Shown: positions 31,921 to 41,885 of the stretch, piece by piece
Layout: each line of letters opens with the position of its first letter
Position numbering within the stretch: the first letter of the stretch is position 1
From: Myxococcota bacterium
GTDB lineage: Bacteria; Myxococcota_A; Polyangia; Nannocystales; Nannocystaceae
Assembly: GCA_039028615.1 (NCBI GenBank)
Contig: JBCCHT010000013.1
Coordinates: 1 to 64,000, forward strand
Length of the DNA stretch: 64,000 bases
Direction of reading: 5' to 3'
Translations under genes and position numbers: made by a program
Notes under the pieces: model-generated
Told to the model about the DNA's origin: nothing
Seen by the model: only the letters and a program-made list of their open reading frames with translations
Database searches by the model: none

Positions 31921-32892
31921 CTAGGGGTCGAAGAAACCCCAGATCACCGTCTGAGCGGGTGTGCTGGGCCATTCGTGCCCGCCGAAGTGGTAGCAGATGC
32001 GCACCGGATCCTCGCAGTCGCTGTAGTCGTCGCAGACCATCGTCTCGGGTAGGTTCGGGTCCTCGAGCCGCGTGCTCTCGTCCGTGCATCCGTTGGTCTC
32101 GAGCAGCCAGTCTCGCGACTCGTCCGAATACCCCGCCCAGCTGTCGGTGAGCCCGTACAGAAAAAGCGACGGTACCGAGGGGCACTCGATGGACGCGAAG
32201 TAGTCTTCCGGGTAGCCGAAGCCGAAGGCCACCAGGGCCATGCCCGCGAGGTATTGGCCGCGATGGCAGGCGAGGAAGTTCGAGAACCCGCCGCCCGCCG
32301 AGTAGCCGATGCTGTAGAGCTTGGCCAAGTCCACGCAGTACTCGTCCGCCATGTGCTGGGCCAGCGTGTCGAACAACGCCAGGTCTTGGTCGCTCCATCC
32401 CGCCGGATCGCCGAGCCCCTGCGGGTAGACGTGCAGCGCCGTCGATGCGCCCGGCGACGGCACGCCCAGCCACGTGGTGGCCTGCATCGCCGAGTTGCCC
32501 GCACCGTGCCAGTTGAAGAACAACGGCAGGGGGTCTTCGCCCGTGTACGAGCCGGGGATCTTGAGCCAGACCTCGCGATCGATGCCGTCGACCTCGAGCG
32601 TCAGCTCCACCGTGCCCGTCTCGGTGGGCGGCGTGCCGCAGCCGGCCGAAGGCGTCGCGGGTTCGTCTACACCGGTGCTGTCCGATCCGCTGCCGCTGCT
32701 GCTGCCGGGGTCGGTCCCGGAGCCATCGACATCCGCGGAGCCCGACCCCGTGCTCGACGTGTCGGTGGGAGCCTCCGTGTCGACGGAGGCGGGCGGGGGG
32801 TCACCCTCGGGCGACGGGCACCCGGCGAGCACGAGCGTGGTGGCGGCGAGGAGCGAACGAAGACGTGGGGGGCAAAGCGACGATGCGTGCAT
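31921..32892 (-). CDS. Lipoprotein esterase, PHB-depolymerase/CE1-like alpha/beta hydrolase
   Basis: LAGC lipobox; PSAGCG, PLFFNWHG, VYPQG, GYSAGG nucleophile, GGHEWP. Confidence 0.8.
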   Translation of the reverse strand: MHASSLCPPRLRSLLAATTLVLAGCPSPEGDPPPASVDTEAPTDTSSTGSGSADVDGSGTDPGSSSGSGSDSTGVDEPATPSAGCGTPPTETGTVELTLEVDGIDREVWLKIPGSYTGEDPLPLFFNWHGAGNSAMQATTWLGVPSPGASTALHVYPQGLGDPAGWSDQDLALFDTLAQHMADEYCVDLAKLYSIGYSAGGGFSNFLACHRGQYLAGMALVAFGFGYPEDYFASIECPSVPSLFLYGLTDSWAGYSDESRDWLLETNGCTDESTRLEDPNLPETMVCDDYSDCEDPVRICYHFGGHEWPSTPAQTVIWGFFDP

Positions 32893-33397
32893 GAGTCCAG
32901 ATGCGCCACGAAGGGGGAGGCGTGGCGCCGTGCCGGTACTGGGGTTCGCGCTCCGAAAAACCGATAGGAAAAACTCGGGGGTTCACGGCCCATTGCCAGT
33001 GCGCTTTGCCGACGTCGGGCGCGTCGCTTTTGGGGTTGAGATCTGCGACCGACTCGGGATCGGTCGCTCATGTCCCGCGCCGGGTGGTCCGATGTCGGCC
33101 CCGAGCGGTTCGAGAGCGCCGTGCGTCGATCAGAATCCTCGCGTGACGACTCGAACGTTGTTGGCTGCGCGATTTGGCTCTCCGCGACGCACATCGATCC
33201 ACATTGGGCCCACTCTGCGACGAGGTGCGAAAGCATGTGTAATGTAGTGTCATTTACTCGGTTTACTTTGCCTGATCCCGCCGGTAGACTCAGTTCCAAG
33301 GTTGGGGAAGGGATCGGCCTCGACCATGGAATCCGTCGCTCGTCGTTCGTGACCCGCCCGGCACGACACAGGGACGGCACGGGTCTTCGGGGAACCC

Positions 33398-35242
33398 ATG
33401 CTGGTCAACCACAGCGTCACATCGAACTCTGGGCCCATCCTGGGCACCGCTTCCGTGAGCTGCGAGTCGCCGGCAATCATCGATGCCGAGCTCGGCCTCG
33501 CCCCGCAGGTCCTCGAGGACACGTTGCAATGGGCTCGTGGTCGAGCCGACGAGCTGCTCGCGGCGCTCGACGACCAAGAACTCCGCGAGTTGTTGGGGCC
33601 GTTCATTCCCTTCGAGGCGAGTCCGCAGCCCGAGGCTCCCGCGGCCGCGACGTCCCGCCCGGTGACGGCCGAGTTCGATGCCGTGCCCGCCAACGACGTG
33701 GCACCCGAGCCCGTGCTGGAGGCCGTGCCCCCGGCGGTCGAGTCCCAAGCTGCGCCCGAGACGGCCAAGACCGGAGCGGAGCAACGCAAGGATCCGCGGA
33801 AGGCCCTGGTCGACCCGGTCCTCGTGAAGGTCGACAGCTGGTCGGAGCTGGTGCGGCTGTACACGCGCGACATCTCGTGCGGCGGCATGTTCATCCATAG
33901 CGAGGCGTTGCCTTCGCTCGAGTCTCAGGTCTCGGTCGAGCTGTTGCTCCCGGAGGAAGCAGGCTCGCTGCACTTCCAGGGCGTCGTCGTGCACGTGGTC
34001 GAAGCCTCGGGAGCGACGTCGCCCGGGTTCGGCATTCAGTTCGTCGGTCTCACCGCCGAGAGCCGCCGAACGCTGCAGCGCATCATCGAGCGCGCCGAGC
34101 AGGCCGCGTCCACGCCCCGCGAAGAAGGGCCTACGCTGCAGGAGCTGGGCTTCACCTGTGCGCCGAGCCAACGAGGCGGTCTACGGCTCACGCTCTCCGA
34201 AGCCGAGCTGAGCCAGCTCCGCGAGCTTCGGTCGGAACTCGCCGCCATGAAGAAGTGTGGCGACCTCGAGCTGCTCGGGGTCGGATCGGCCGCCGATCTC
34301 GACGAGCTTCGGGTCGCCTTCGAACGGCTCGCCGAGCGTTGGCATCCGGGCATTGCTCATCGCGACGCGCCGGCCGAGATTCGTACGCTGGTGACCGAGG
34401 TCTTCCTCCGCATCGAGCAGGCCTATCAGCGCGCCAGCTCGGCGGCGCGCCGTCAGGCTCAGCGTGCGTTCCAGCCGGCTGAAGCCCGCCCCGTGGGCGG
34501 ACACGAAGATGCAGCGGTGGGCTCCGTCGCGACCGTCGTGCGCTCGGCTGCCGCCGGTGAGGTGGCGGGCACGGGCGAGCACGAATCGGCCAGCGCGACG
34601 CCTGCCGCCGCGCCCCGTCGGAAGCGCCCCATCACCGGGGTGCAGGAGGCGGCCAAGCCCGATGCGCCGAAGAAGCGGCGACCGATCACGGGTGTGCAGG
34701 AGGCTGCCGATGCGGGGACCCCGAAGGCTGCCGCGAGTGCCCGACGAAGCCGGCCCACCACCGGGGTGCAGGAGGCGGCCAAGCCCGTCGCTCGCTCGGC
34801 CGACGAGGCGTCTCCCGAGACGGCGGCCAAGGGTACGCCCACGCCCGCCCGCGCGGGGGCACGCCGCCGGGTGGGGCGGCTGGTCGAACGCGGGGAGCGA
34901 CTCGCTCGCAAGCTCCAGCGCCGAGAGCATGCCGTGCCCAAGCTCAAGCCGCGGAGCCCTCGTCCCTCCGCACCGGGCCACAGCGCACCGATGAAGGTCG
35001 CGTTGCAGCACATCCAGGCCCGGAGCTGGGCGGACGCGATCAAGCCGCTGCAAGAGGCCCTGCAGCTTCAGCCCTCGAACGAGCTCGAGGTCCTGCTGCA
35101 GATCGTCCGGGCCCGCCAGGCCGCGGTCGAGCGGGACTTCGCCACCGCCCGCCGACACTACGAAGCGGTGCTGGCCGGCAACCCCGAGCACGCCGTTGCA
35201 CAGCGCGAGCTATTGATGATCTCCGCGGTGCACGACTCCTAG
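33398..35242 (+). CDS. PilZ + J-like domain + C-terminal TPR protein
   Basis: RKDPRK..YTRDISCGGMFI..GFGIQF (PilZ); LLGVGSAADLDELRVAFERLAERWHPG (J-like); TPR at end. Confidence 0.8.
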   Translation: MLVNHSVTSNSGPILGTASVSCESPAIIDAELGLAPQVLEDTLQWARGRADELLAALDDQELRELLGPFIPFEASPQPEAPAAATSRPVTAEFDAVPANDVAPEPVLEAVPPAVESQAAPETAKTGAEQRKDPRKALVDPVLVKVDSWSELVRLYTRDISCGGMFIHSEALPSLESQVSVELLLPEEAGSLHFQGVVVHVVEASGATSPGFGIQFVGLTAESRRTLQRIIERAEQAASTPREEGPTLQELGFTCAPSQRGGLRLTLSEAELSQLRELRSELAAMKKCGDLELLGVGSAADLDELRVAFERLAERWHPGIAHRDAPAEIRTLVTEVFLRIEQAYQRASSAARRQAQRAFQPAEARPVGGHEDAAVGSVATVVRSAAAGEVAGTGEHESASATPAAAPRRKRPITGVQEAAKPDAPKKRRPITGVQEAADAGTPKAAASARRSRPTTGVQEAAKPVARSADEASPETAAKGTPTPARAGARRRVGRLVERGERLARKLQRREHAVPKLKPRSPRPSAPGHSAPMKVALQHIQARSWADAIKPLQEALQLQPSNELEVLLQIVRARQAAVERDFATARRHYEAVLAGNPEHAVAQRELLMISAVHDS

Positions 35243-35306
35243 CTCACAGCGCACAGGTCGCGAGGTGCATGGTCTTGGGCGATGGCTCGCGGCATAGTCG
35301 CGTCGC

Positions 35307-35990
35307 GTGAGCGAGACCCAATCCGTCCACGAGCGACTCGACGCCGACGCACTGTCCACCCGCGATGCCTATCGGTTGATGACCGACATCGTTGCGCCGC
35401 GACCGATCGCCTGGGTGTCGACCGTCGACGGGCACGGGAAGCCGAACCTCGCTCCCTTCAGCTACTTCCAGGCCGTCTGTTCGACGCCGCCCACCGTCAT
35501 CGTCGCCATCGGCAATCGCCCCGACGGTCGGCCCAAGGACACGCTGCGGAACATCCTCGACACGCGTGAGCTGACCATCAGCCACGTCTGCGAGCCGCTG
35601 GCCGAGCCCATGAACACCACCTCGGGGACCTTCGAGCCCGAGATCGACGAGTGGGAGATGGCCGCCCAGGACGGAGCCCCGCTCGCGTCCGAGCCCTCTC
35701 GGCTCGTCTTACCGCCCCGGGTCGCCCGTGCGCGCGCGGCGATGGAGTGCCGCATGATGCAGGCCATCCCGCTCGGTGAGGGCAAACACGGCGGCCCCTC
35801 GACCACGCTCATCATTGCGCAGGTGCTGTGCTTCTGGCTCGCGCCCGGCCTCGCCCGGCGCGACGACAAGGGCCACCTGCTGCCCATCGAACCCGCGGAG
35901 CTGGCGTCGGTCGGCCGTCTGGGCGGGATGTCGTATGCTCGCACCCGGGAGACCTTCGAGCTCGCCCGGCCCAAGGTCCCCCGGTCCTGA
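35307..35990 (+). CDS. Flavin reductase family protein
   Basis: IVAPRPIAWVST..NLAPFSYF..KDTLRNI..GRLGG. Confidence 0.9.
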   Translation: MSETQSVHERLDADALSTRDAYRLMTDIVAPRPIAWVSTVDGHGKPNLAPFSYFQAVCSTPPTVIVAIGNRPDGRPKDTLRNILDTRELTISHVCEPLAEPMNTTSGTFEPEIDEWEMAAQDGAPLASEPSRLVLPPRVARARAAMECRMMQAIPLGEGKHGGPSTTLIIAQVLCFWLAPGLARRDDKGHLLPIEPAELASVGRLGGMSYARTRETFELARPKVPRS

Positions 35991-36007
35991 CTGCGTCTGG
36001 AGGCGCC

Positions 36008-36991
36008 GTGAACGACACCAAAACCAGTGCTGCGACCACCGCGCCCGTCGACGACCTGTTCGTCGCGGCCCCCTCCGCCGTCTCGGTCTACGAGGTCGGT
36101 CCGCGCGATGGTCTGCAAAACGAAAAGCAGATCCTGCCCACCGAGCGCAAGATCGAGATGGTCGAGGGACTCATCGACTCGGGGCTCGAGCGGGTGGAGA
36201 TCACCAGCTTCGTGAACCCCCGCTGGATCCCCGCCATGGCCGACCACATGGAGGTCGCCAGCCGGGTCAAGCGCCGCGACGGCGTGCGCCTGTCCGCCCT
36301 CGTGCCCAACATGCGCGGCCTCGACGGGGCGACGCGGGCCGGCATGGAGGAGGTCGCCGTGTTCATGGCCGCCTCCGAGACCCACAACCACAAGAACATC
36401 AACAAGAGCACCGCCGAAGCGCTCGAGACCTACCGGGGGGTCGTGGGCGAGGCGGTGTCGCGGGGCATGAAGGTGCGCGGCTATGTCAGCTGCGTCTACG
36501 GCTGCCCCTACGAGGGCGAGGTCTCGCTCGACAACGTGCTCGAGGTCTCCCACGCCCTGCTCGAGATGGGCGTGTACGAACTCAGCCTCGGTGACACCAT
36601 CGGCGTCGGTACGCCGCGCCAGGTCGAGTACATCTTCCGCGGGCTCATGCGCTCGGGTATCGAGCTGCCCCAGGTCGCCGTGCACTTCCACGACACCCGG
36701 GGCACCGCGCTGGCCAACATCACCGTGGCCCTGCAGTTCGGCATCGGCACCATCGACTCCGCCGTCGGTGGCCTCGGGGGCTGTCCCTACGCACCCGGGG
36801 CTTCGGGCAACGTCGCCACCGAAGACGTCGTGTACATGCTGCACGGCATGGGCGTGGACACTGGGGTCGACCTCGACAAGCTCGTCGGTATCTCGGCGCG
36901 CCTGGGGGGCCAGCTCGCTCGCGAGCTGCCGAGCAAGTACCTCAAGGCCCATCTCGGTCACTGCGCCCGGTCCGGGCAAGCGGTGTACTGA
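36008..36991 (+). CDS. Hydroxymethylglutaryl-CoA lyase
   Basis: EVGPRDGLQNE, SLGDTIG, HFHDTRG, GLGGCPYAPGASGNVATED. Confidence 0.93.
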   Translation: MNDTKTSAATTAPVDDLFVAAPSAVSVYEVGPRDGLQNEKQILPTERKIEMVEGLIDSGLERVEITSFVNPRWIPAMADHMEVASRVKRRDGVRLSALVPNMRGLDGATRAGMEEVAVFMAASETHNHKNINKSTAEALETYRGVVGEAVSRGMKVRGYVSCVYGCPYEGEVSLDNVLEVSHALLEMGVYELSLGDTIGVGTPRQVEYIFRGLMRSGIELPQVAVHFHDTRGTALANITVALQFGIGTIDSAVGGLGGCPYAPGASGNVATEDVVYMLHGMGVDTGVDLDKLVGISARLGGQLARELPSKYLKAHLGHCARSGQAVY

Positions 36992-37028
36992 GCCGCGGCC
37001 CGGGTTTCCCGGTCGGTCGGGTGAGGCG

Positions 37029-37910
37029 TCAGCTCTTGCCCGGGCCGCCTGCTCCGGTACCGAAGTTCGCGGAGACAGAGCCTTCGCCCGCGATGCGGAT
37101 GGGGTTGCCCCCCGGCACACACAGGTACGGATCGAAATCCTCGATGCCGACCCTGCGCAGGATCTGCTCGTCGAGCAGCGCCTGTCCGGTGAGGGTGGGG
37201 GGCTCGTGGCTCAGGATGGCCATGGTGGCATCGGACAGGATCTCGGGCTTGCGCCACTGCGCCGGGCCGCCGAGGCCGAAGCCGATGGACGCTTGCGACT
37301 CGATCATGGTGGCGGGCCATAGCGCGTTGGCGGCCACGCCGTGCTTGGCGACCTCGTGCCCCAGGCCGTGGGCGAGCAGCGTCATGCCGAACTTCGAGAT
37401 CGAGTAGGCCACCTTGCCCGGCACCATGCCCAGGTCGACCGGCGGCGACATCATCACGATGTGGCCCCAGCCCTGTTTGATCATGTGGGGCAGGCAGGCC
37501 TGAGCGGCGAGGAAGGACGCGCGGGCGTTGACGTCCATCACCAGGTCGAAGCGTTTGGCCGGCGTGTCGACCACGTGCTTCCACCACAGGGCACCCGCGT
37601 TGTTGATGAGGATGTCGACCCGGCCGAGCTCCTCGACCGTGCGTCGCACCATCGTCTCGATTTGGTCGGGTTCGCGGACGTTGGTCGGGACCGCGATCGA
37701 GCGACGGCCCAGGGCTTCGATCTCCGCTTGGGTCTCGAGGATGGTGCCGGGCAGGGTGGGGTGGGGCTCGACCGTCTTGGCGGCCACGCACACGTCACAG
37801 CCGGCCCGAGCCAGCGCCAGGGCTACGGTCTTGCCGATGCCGCGGCTGCTGCCGGTCACGATGGCCACTCGTCCGCTCAGGTCAGGGGTCTCGAACATCG
37901 ACTGCGTCAT
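37029..37910 (-). CDS. SDR oxidoreductase (HSDL2/citronellol dehydrogenase-like)
   Basis: TGSSRGIG, AAKTVEPHPTLPGTI, NNAGA, YSISKFGM, NALWPAT. Confidence 0.88.
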   Translation of the reverse strand: MTQSMFETPDLSGRVAIVTGSSRGIGKTVALALARAGCDVCVAAKTVEPHPTLPGTILETQAEIEALGRRSIAVPTNVREPDQIETMVRRTVEELGRVDILINNAGALWWKHVVDTPAKRFDLVMDVNARASFLAAQACLPHMIKQGWGHIVMMSPPVDLGMVPGKVAYSISKFGMTLLAHGLGHEVAKHGVAANALWPATMIESQASIGFGLGGPAQWRKPEILSDATMAILSHEPPTLTGQALLDEQILRRVGIEDFDPYLCVPGGNPIRIAGEGSVSANFGTGAGGPGKS

Positions 37911-38277
37911 ACCAGATGAAGTGGCGCTCGCACGGAGGTGGATGGCAGACGCCCCTGGAGCGGTCTTCGTGGTCGCTGGTGGGTAGTTGCAAGTGCCACC
38001 AGGTGCGCCCGGGCCAGGGCCTTTGTTCGGGTGAACACGGCGATAGCGACATCGCTGTCGCAGTGTCTCCAGCGGGTTCGGACATCGGCGTCATGCAGCA
38101 ATCCCAGGCATGCAATCGAGATCACGGACCGTCGATCGAAATCGACTTTTTTGGTCGTCGGTTGCATCCAACCCGTGTGCTCGGGCGACCAACGGGGTGG
38201 AGCGGCGACGCTCCGGTTCTTAGTTGGATTCGAGCTTGGTTTGGCCGGGGAGGACCCCGGCGGTGTTGGAGGTTGTC

Positions 38278-39168
38278 ATGGATGGATTGAAGAGTGTGCG
38301 TGCGTTGGTTGGTGGTGCAGTCGTGGCGTGGGCCTGGTTGGGTCTCGCGACGCCGGCCAATGCTGGGGCTCCCGAGTGCAATGGAGTGCATGTCGATCGT
38401 GGAGCGCAGTGCAAGGTGGAGGTCTCGGCGGGGTGCAACGCGAGCTGTGACGTGGGCGCCGTGCTCGACGTCTGCGCGGCCGACCTGATGGCGTCGTGCC
38501 AGGCCGGCTGCGATCTCGACTCGACGGTGACGTGCAGCGATCCGTGTCGAGAGGCGTGTGAAGATTCGTGTCGGGCCGACGGTGGTCAGGTCATCTGCAA
38601 CGACAACTGCATGTTCGAGTGCGAGGGCGCCTGCAACGAATCGTGTGCCGATGCCGAGGACCCCAGCCAGTGCTTCGCCAGCTGCGAGGCGACCTGCTCG
38701 GGGGAGTGCGAGGAGGCCTGTTCCGACGTACCGCCCGACGCCGATTGCAATACCGCCTGCCAGGAGTGCTGCCATGGATCCTGTCGGGCGCGGGTGAACC
38801 TGGACTGTCAGATCGGCTGCCAGGCCACTGGGTTCGCGAGCTGCCAGGACAGTGCCCTGGAGGCGTGCAGTGCGTCGTGCGGCATCGAGGGCACCCTGTT
38901 CTGCGATGAGCAGTACGTCATGTCCGGCGTCGGGATCGACGACTGCATCAATGCCCTGCAGGGCCGTGGGGTCTACGTGGAGGTAGATGTCGACGTGGAC
39001 ATCGACGTCGACATCGACGAGGAACTCGAGGATGCCTTCGGTGGATCCGAGGATTCCGACGGCAAGCCGGTCGGGCTGTGCAGCGTCTCGTCGCGAGGCG
39101 GTGGCTGGTCCTCCCTGGCCGTGCTCGGGTTGCTGGGTCTCGTCGCGATGCGTCGCCGTCGGGTGTAG
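38278..39168 (+). CDS. Cys-rich secreted protein with MYXO-CTERM
   Basis: Signal peptide; many CxxxC repeats; LCSVS..TM-RRRR tail. Confidence 0.8.
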   Translation: MDGLKSVRALVGGAVVAWAWLGLATPANAGAPECNGVHVDRGAQCKVEVSAGCNASCDVGAVLDVCAADLMASCQAGCDLDSTVTCSDPCREACEDSCRADGGQVICNDNCMFECEGACNESCADAEDPSQCFASCEATCSGECEEACSDVPPDADCNTACQECCHGSCRARVNLDCQIGCQATGFASCQDSALEACSASCGIEGTLFCDEQYVMSGVGIDDCINALQGRGVYVEVDVDVDIDVDIDEELEDAFGGSEDSDGKPVGLCSVSSRGGGWSSLAVLGLLGLVAMRRRRV

Positions 39169-39320
39169 GTCGGCGCCGTGAAGGTTCGGGCCCGGTGCTC
39201 GCTGTGTGCGAGCCCCGGGCTCGTTTGCGTGATGGAGTGGGCGTGGGAGTTTTGCGCTGGGCCTTGCTTGACGGTTCCGCGGGCCCGGTGCCATCGTTCG
39301 AGCCCCTTCACGACGAGCCC

Positions 39321-40337
39321 ATGTCGACGCCAGCCACCAAGACCAAGCCGCGCATTCTCTCTGGAGTGCAGCCCACCGGTAACATCCATCTCGGCAACTA
39401 CATCGGTGCGATTCGTCAGTGGTGCGCGCACCAGGCCGACTTCGACAGCTTGTTCTGCGTCGTCGACCTGCACGCGTTGACGATCCCGGAGGTCGTCGAG
39501 CCCGAGGTGCTGAAGCGGAAGAACCGGGAGATTTCGGCGCTGTATCTGGCGTGTGGCATCGACCCGGAGGTCTCTACGATCTTCGTGCAGTCGGATGTGC
39601 ATCAGCACGCCGAGCTGGGGTGGATCCTCGGGTGCGTCACGCCGCTGGGGTGGCTGTACCGGATGACGCAGTTCAAGACGAAGTCCGACAAGCGCGAGAG
39701 CGTGGGCACGGGGTTGCTGACGTATCCCGTGCTGCAGGCGGCGGACATCGTGCTCTACGACGCGGACCAGGTGCCGGTCGGGCAGGATCAGAAGCAGCAC
39801 ATCGAGCTCGCGCGGGATGTGGCGCAGCGCTTCAATCAGCTATTCGGGGATACGTTGACGGTGCCCGATGTGATGATCCCGAAGGCGGGGGCGCGGATCA
39901 TGGGGCTGGATGATCCGACGTCGAAGATGAGCAAGAGCGTCGGGGCCGAGGTCAAGGGGCATGCGATCGGGATGCTCGATACGCCGAAGCAGATTCGCAA
40001 GGCGATCATGCGGGCGGTGACGGACTCGGGGACGGAGGTTGATTTCTCGGCGATTAGTCCGGGGATTCGGAATTTGTTGACGCTATATGAGGTGCTTTCG
40101 GGGGAGTCGAAGGAGGCGATCGAGGGGCGGTTTGCGGGGAAGGGGTATGGGCATCTGAAGAAGGATGTGGCTGAGGTCGTGTTGGGGACGATCGAGCCGG
40201 TGCAGGCGCGGTGGAAGGAGCTGATGGATGATCCGGGGTATTTGGATGGGGTGCTGGATCGGGGGGCGGAGCGGGCTCGTGGGATTGCAGCTGAGGTGTT
40301 GGGGCGGGTGAAGGTGGCGGTGGGGCTTGGCCGCTGA
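39321..40337 (+). CDS. trpS: Tryptophan--tRNA ligase
   Basis: SGVQPTGNIHLGNY, RMTQFK, YPVLQAADI, VPVGQDQKQH, KMSKS. Confidence 0.97.
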   Translation: MSTPATKTKPRILSGVQPTGNIHLGNYIGAIRQWCAHQADFDSLFCVVDLHALTIPEVVEPEVLKRKNREISALYLACGIDPEVSTIFVQSDVHQHAELGWILGCVTPLGWLYRMTQFKTKSDKRESVGTGLLTYPVLQAADIVLYDADQVPVGQDQKQHIELARDVAQRFNQLFGDTLTVPDVMIPKAGARIMGLDDPTSKMSKSVGAEVKGHAIGMLDTPKQIRKAIMRAVTDSGTEVDFSAISPGIRNLLTLYEVLSGESKEAIEGRFAGKGYGHLKKDVAEVVLGTIEPVQARWKELMDDPGYLDGVLDRGAERARGIAAEVLGRVKVAVGLGR

Positions 40338-40481
40338 GGGGGGAGAGACCGGCCCGAGGGGAACTGATTCGCCGGAAATGACGTGGTGCTAACGGGCCAG
40401 GCAAGGCCGCCGGGCTGGCGCGGACGGGACAGCGTGGAGCAGCCGACGCAATGATCTGGCGTCGTGGTCGACAACGGATCC

Positions 40482-41396
40482 GTGACACCTGCGCGGAGGA
40501 TCATTGACGGGCAAACGGTGATGGTTCAGCGGCGGACGATGTACCGGATGTTCCTGCTGCTGCCGACCACTCGGACCAAGGCAATCCTGGGGTATTGCTT
40601 GGGCTACGTTTGCGAGAAATACAGTGTTGAACTGCACGAGTTCATATTTCTGAGCAACCACTACCATCTCGTCGTCACTGACCCTCGTGGTGAGCTGCCA
40701 GCGTTCATGCGGGACCTCAACAGCCTGATCGCTCGGGCGCTGAACTCATCGTACGGGCGGTGGGAGGCGGTGTGGTCGTCGGAACCGTACTGCGCACCGG
40801 TGCTTTGCGATGCGGAAAGTGTGCTCTCGAAGTGCATCTACACCCTGTGCAACGCGAATGAGGCGGGCCTCGTTCGGTATGTGAGGGAGTACGACGGCTT
40901 GTGTAGTTGGGGATTGGACTACGGAAGCTGTCTCGACTTCGCGCGGCCCGACGGGTTCTTTTCGTCGGATCTGCCATCGCAGGCGTCTGTGATTCTCTCT
41001 CGGCCCAAGCAACTCTGGCCGGGCGCAGAGGACCGCACGGTTCGTGCGGAGATACGCCGCGCGGTGCGGGAACGGGAGGGGGACAACGCGTGTCGCATTC
41101 GAGCCGCGGGCGGTGCGTTCCTGGGGATGAAGCGAGTCCTTCGACAGCGGGTGACGGACACTCCGAGTTCGCGGGCTCCGCGGAGAGGGCTCCGGCCCCG
41201 GGTGGCAGGCCGGAGTCGATGGGCGCGAATTGAGGCGCTCGAGCGGAACGCGCGTTTTCAGGTGGAGTATCGGGCGGCGCGGCTTCGGTTTGACCGCGGG
41301 GAGCGAAACGTCGAGTTTCCGCTCGGGACCTACAAGCTACGGGTGGAGTCGAACGTTCGTGTTGGCTTGGTGGGCGCAGGTCGGTCGCCGCCGTAG
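40482..41396 (+). CDS. RAYT/TnpA-REP-like HUH (Y1) transposase
   Basis: VMVQRRT..FLLLP, FIFLSNHYHLVV (HUH), FMRDLN, KCIYTLCNANEAGLV (catalytic Tyr), FPLGTY C-terminus. Confidence 0.85.
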   Translation: MTPARRIIDGQTVMVQRRTMYRMFLLLPTTRTKAILGYCLGYVCEKYSVELHEFIFLSNHYHLVVTDPRGELPAFMRDLNSLIARALNSSYGRWEAVWSSEPYCAPVLCDAESVLSKCIYTLCNANEAGLVRYVREYDGLCSWGLDYGSCLDFARPDGFFSSDLPSQASVILSRPKQLWPGAEDRTVRAEIRRAVREREGDNACRIRAAGGAFLGMKRVLRQRVTDTPSSRAPRRGLRPRVAGRSRWARIEALERNARFQVEYRAARLRFDRGERNVEFPLGTYKLRVESNVRVGLVGAGRSPP

Positions 41397-41501
41397 CTGG
41401 AACTCATTGTGGTGAATTGCAGTCGGCGGGCAGGTCCCGTCTAGCGGTGCTGGTTGTTTTGGAGATCGCCGCGGATAGAAGTCCGCGCCTGCGCATTTCT
41501 T

Positions 41502-41880
41502 CGGTGAATTGGAGGTCGAATCTGCAGAGGCACGGCCGAGCGTGAGCGCTGCAAGACCTCCGACCGCCGCACTGAGTTACCGAACTCGGTTGGTCAGAGA
41601 ATATCGGACCGATTGATCGAAAAGACCCTCGGGCGGGTCTCTCCCCGGTGAATTGGAGGTCGAATCTGCAGAGGCACGGCCGAGCGTGAGCGCTGCAAGA
41701 CCTCCGACCGCCGCACTGAGTTACCGAACTCGGTTGGTCAGAGAAGATCGGACCGATTGATCGAAAAGACCCTCGGGCGGGTCTCTACCGCACTGAGTTA
41801 CCGAACTCGGTTGGTCAGGGAAGATCGGACCGATTGATCGAAAAGACCCTCGGGCGGGTCTCTCCCAAAGACCCTCGGGC
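41502..41880. repeat. Nested tandem repeat array: 144-bp unit x2 plus 5'-truncated copies
   Basis: Unit 41502-41645; copy 41646-41786; truncated copy 41788-41866; fragment 41867-41880. Confidence 0.92.
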
Positions 41881-41885
41881 ACCCG

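Larger units (their letters stand above)
40341..41880. mobile_element. RAYT (REP-associated tyrosine transposase) locus with inverted REP-like ends and repeat array
   Basis: Left GGGAGAGACCGGCCCGAGGG (40341-40360) is the reverse complement, with 1 mismatch, of right CCCTCGGGCGGGTCTCTCCC. Confidence 0.7.

Noticed and set aside
32893..33397. Long intergenic region as ncRNA/riboswitch or small genes
   Set aside because: Lower-GC divergent promoter region; no recognisable RNA motif and the ORFs look non-coding.
37911..38277. Short ORFs in the SDR/MYXO-CTERM intergenic gap
   Set aside because: No motifs or coding-like bias; likely divergent promoter DNA.
41502..41880. Possible CRISPR array
   Set aside because: Units are long, contiguous and near-identical with no unique spacers; no cas genes in the window.
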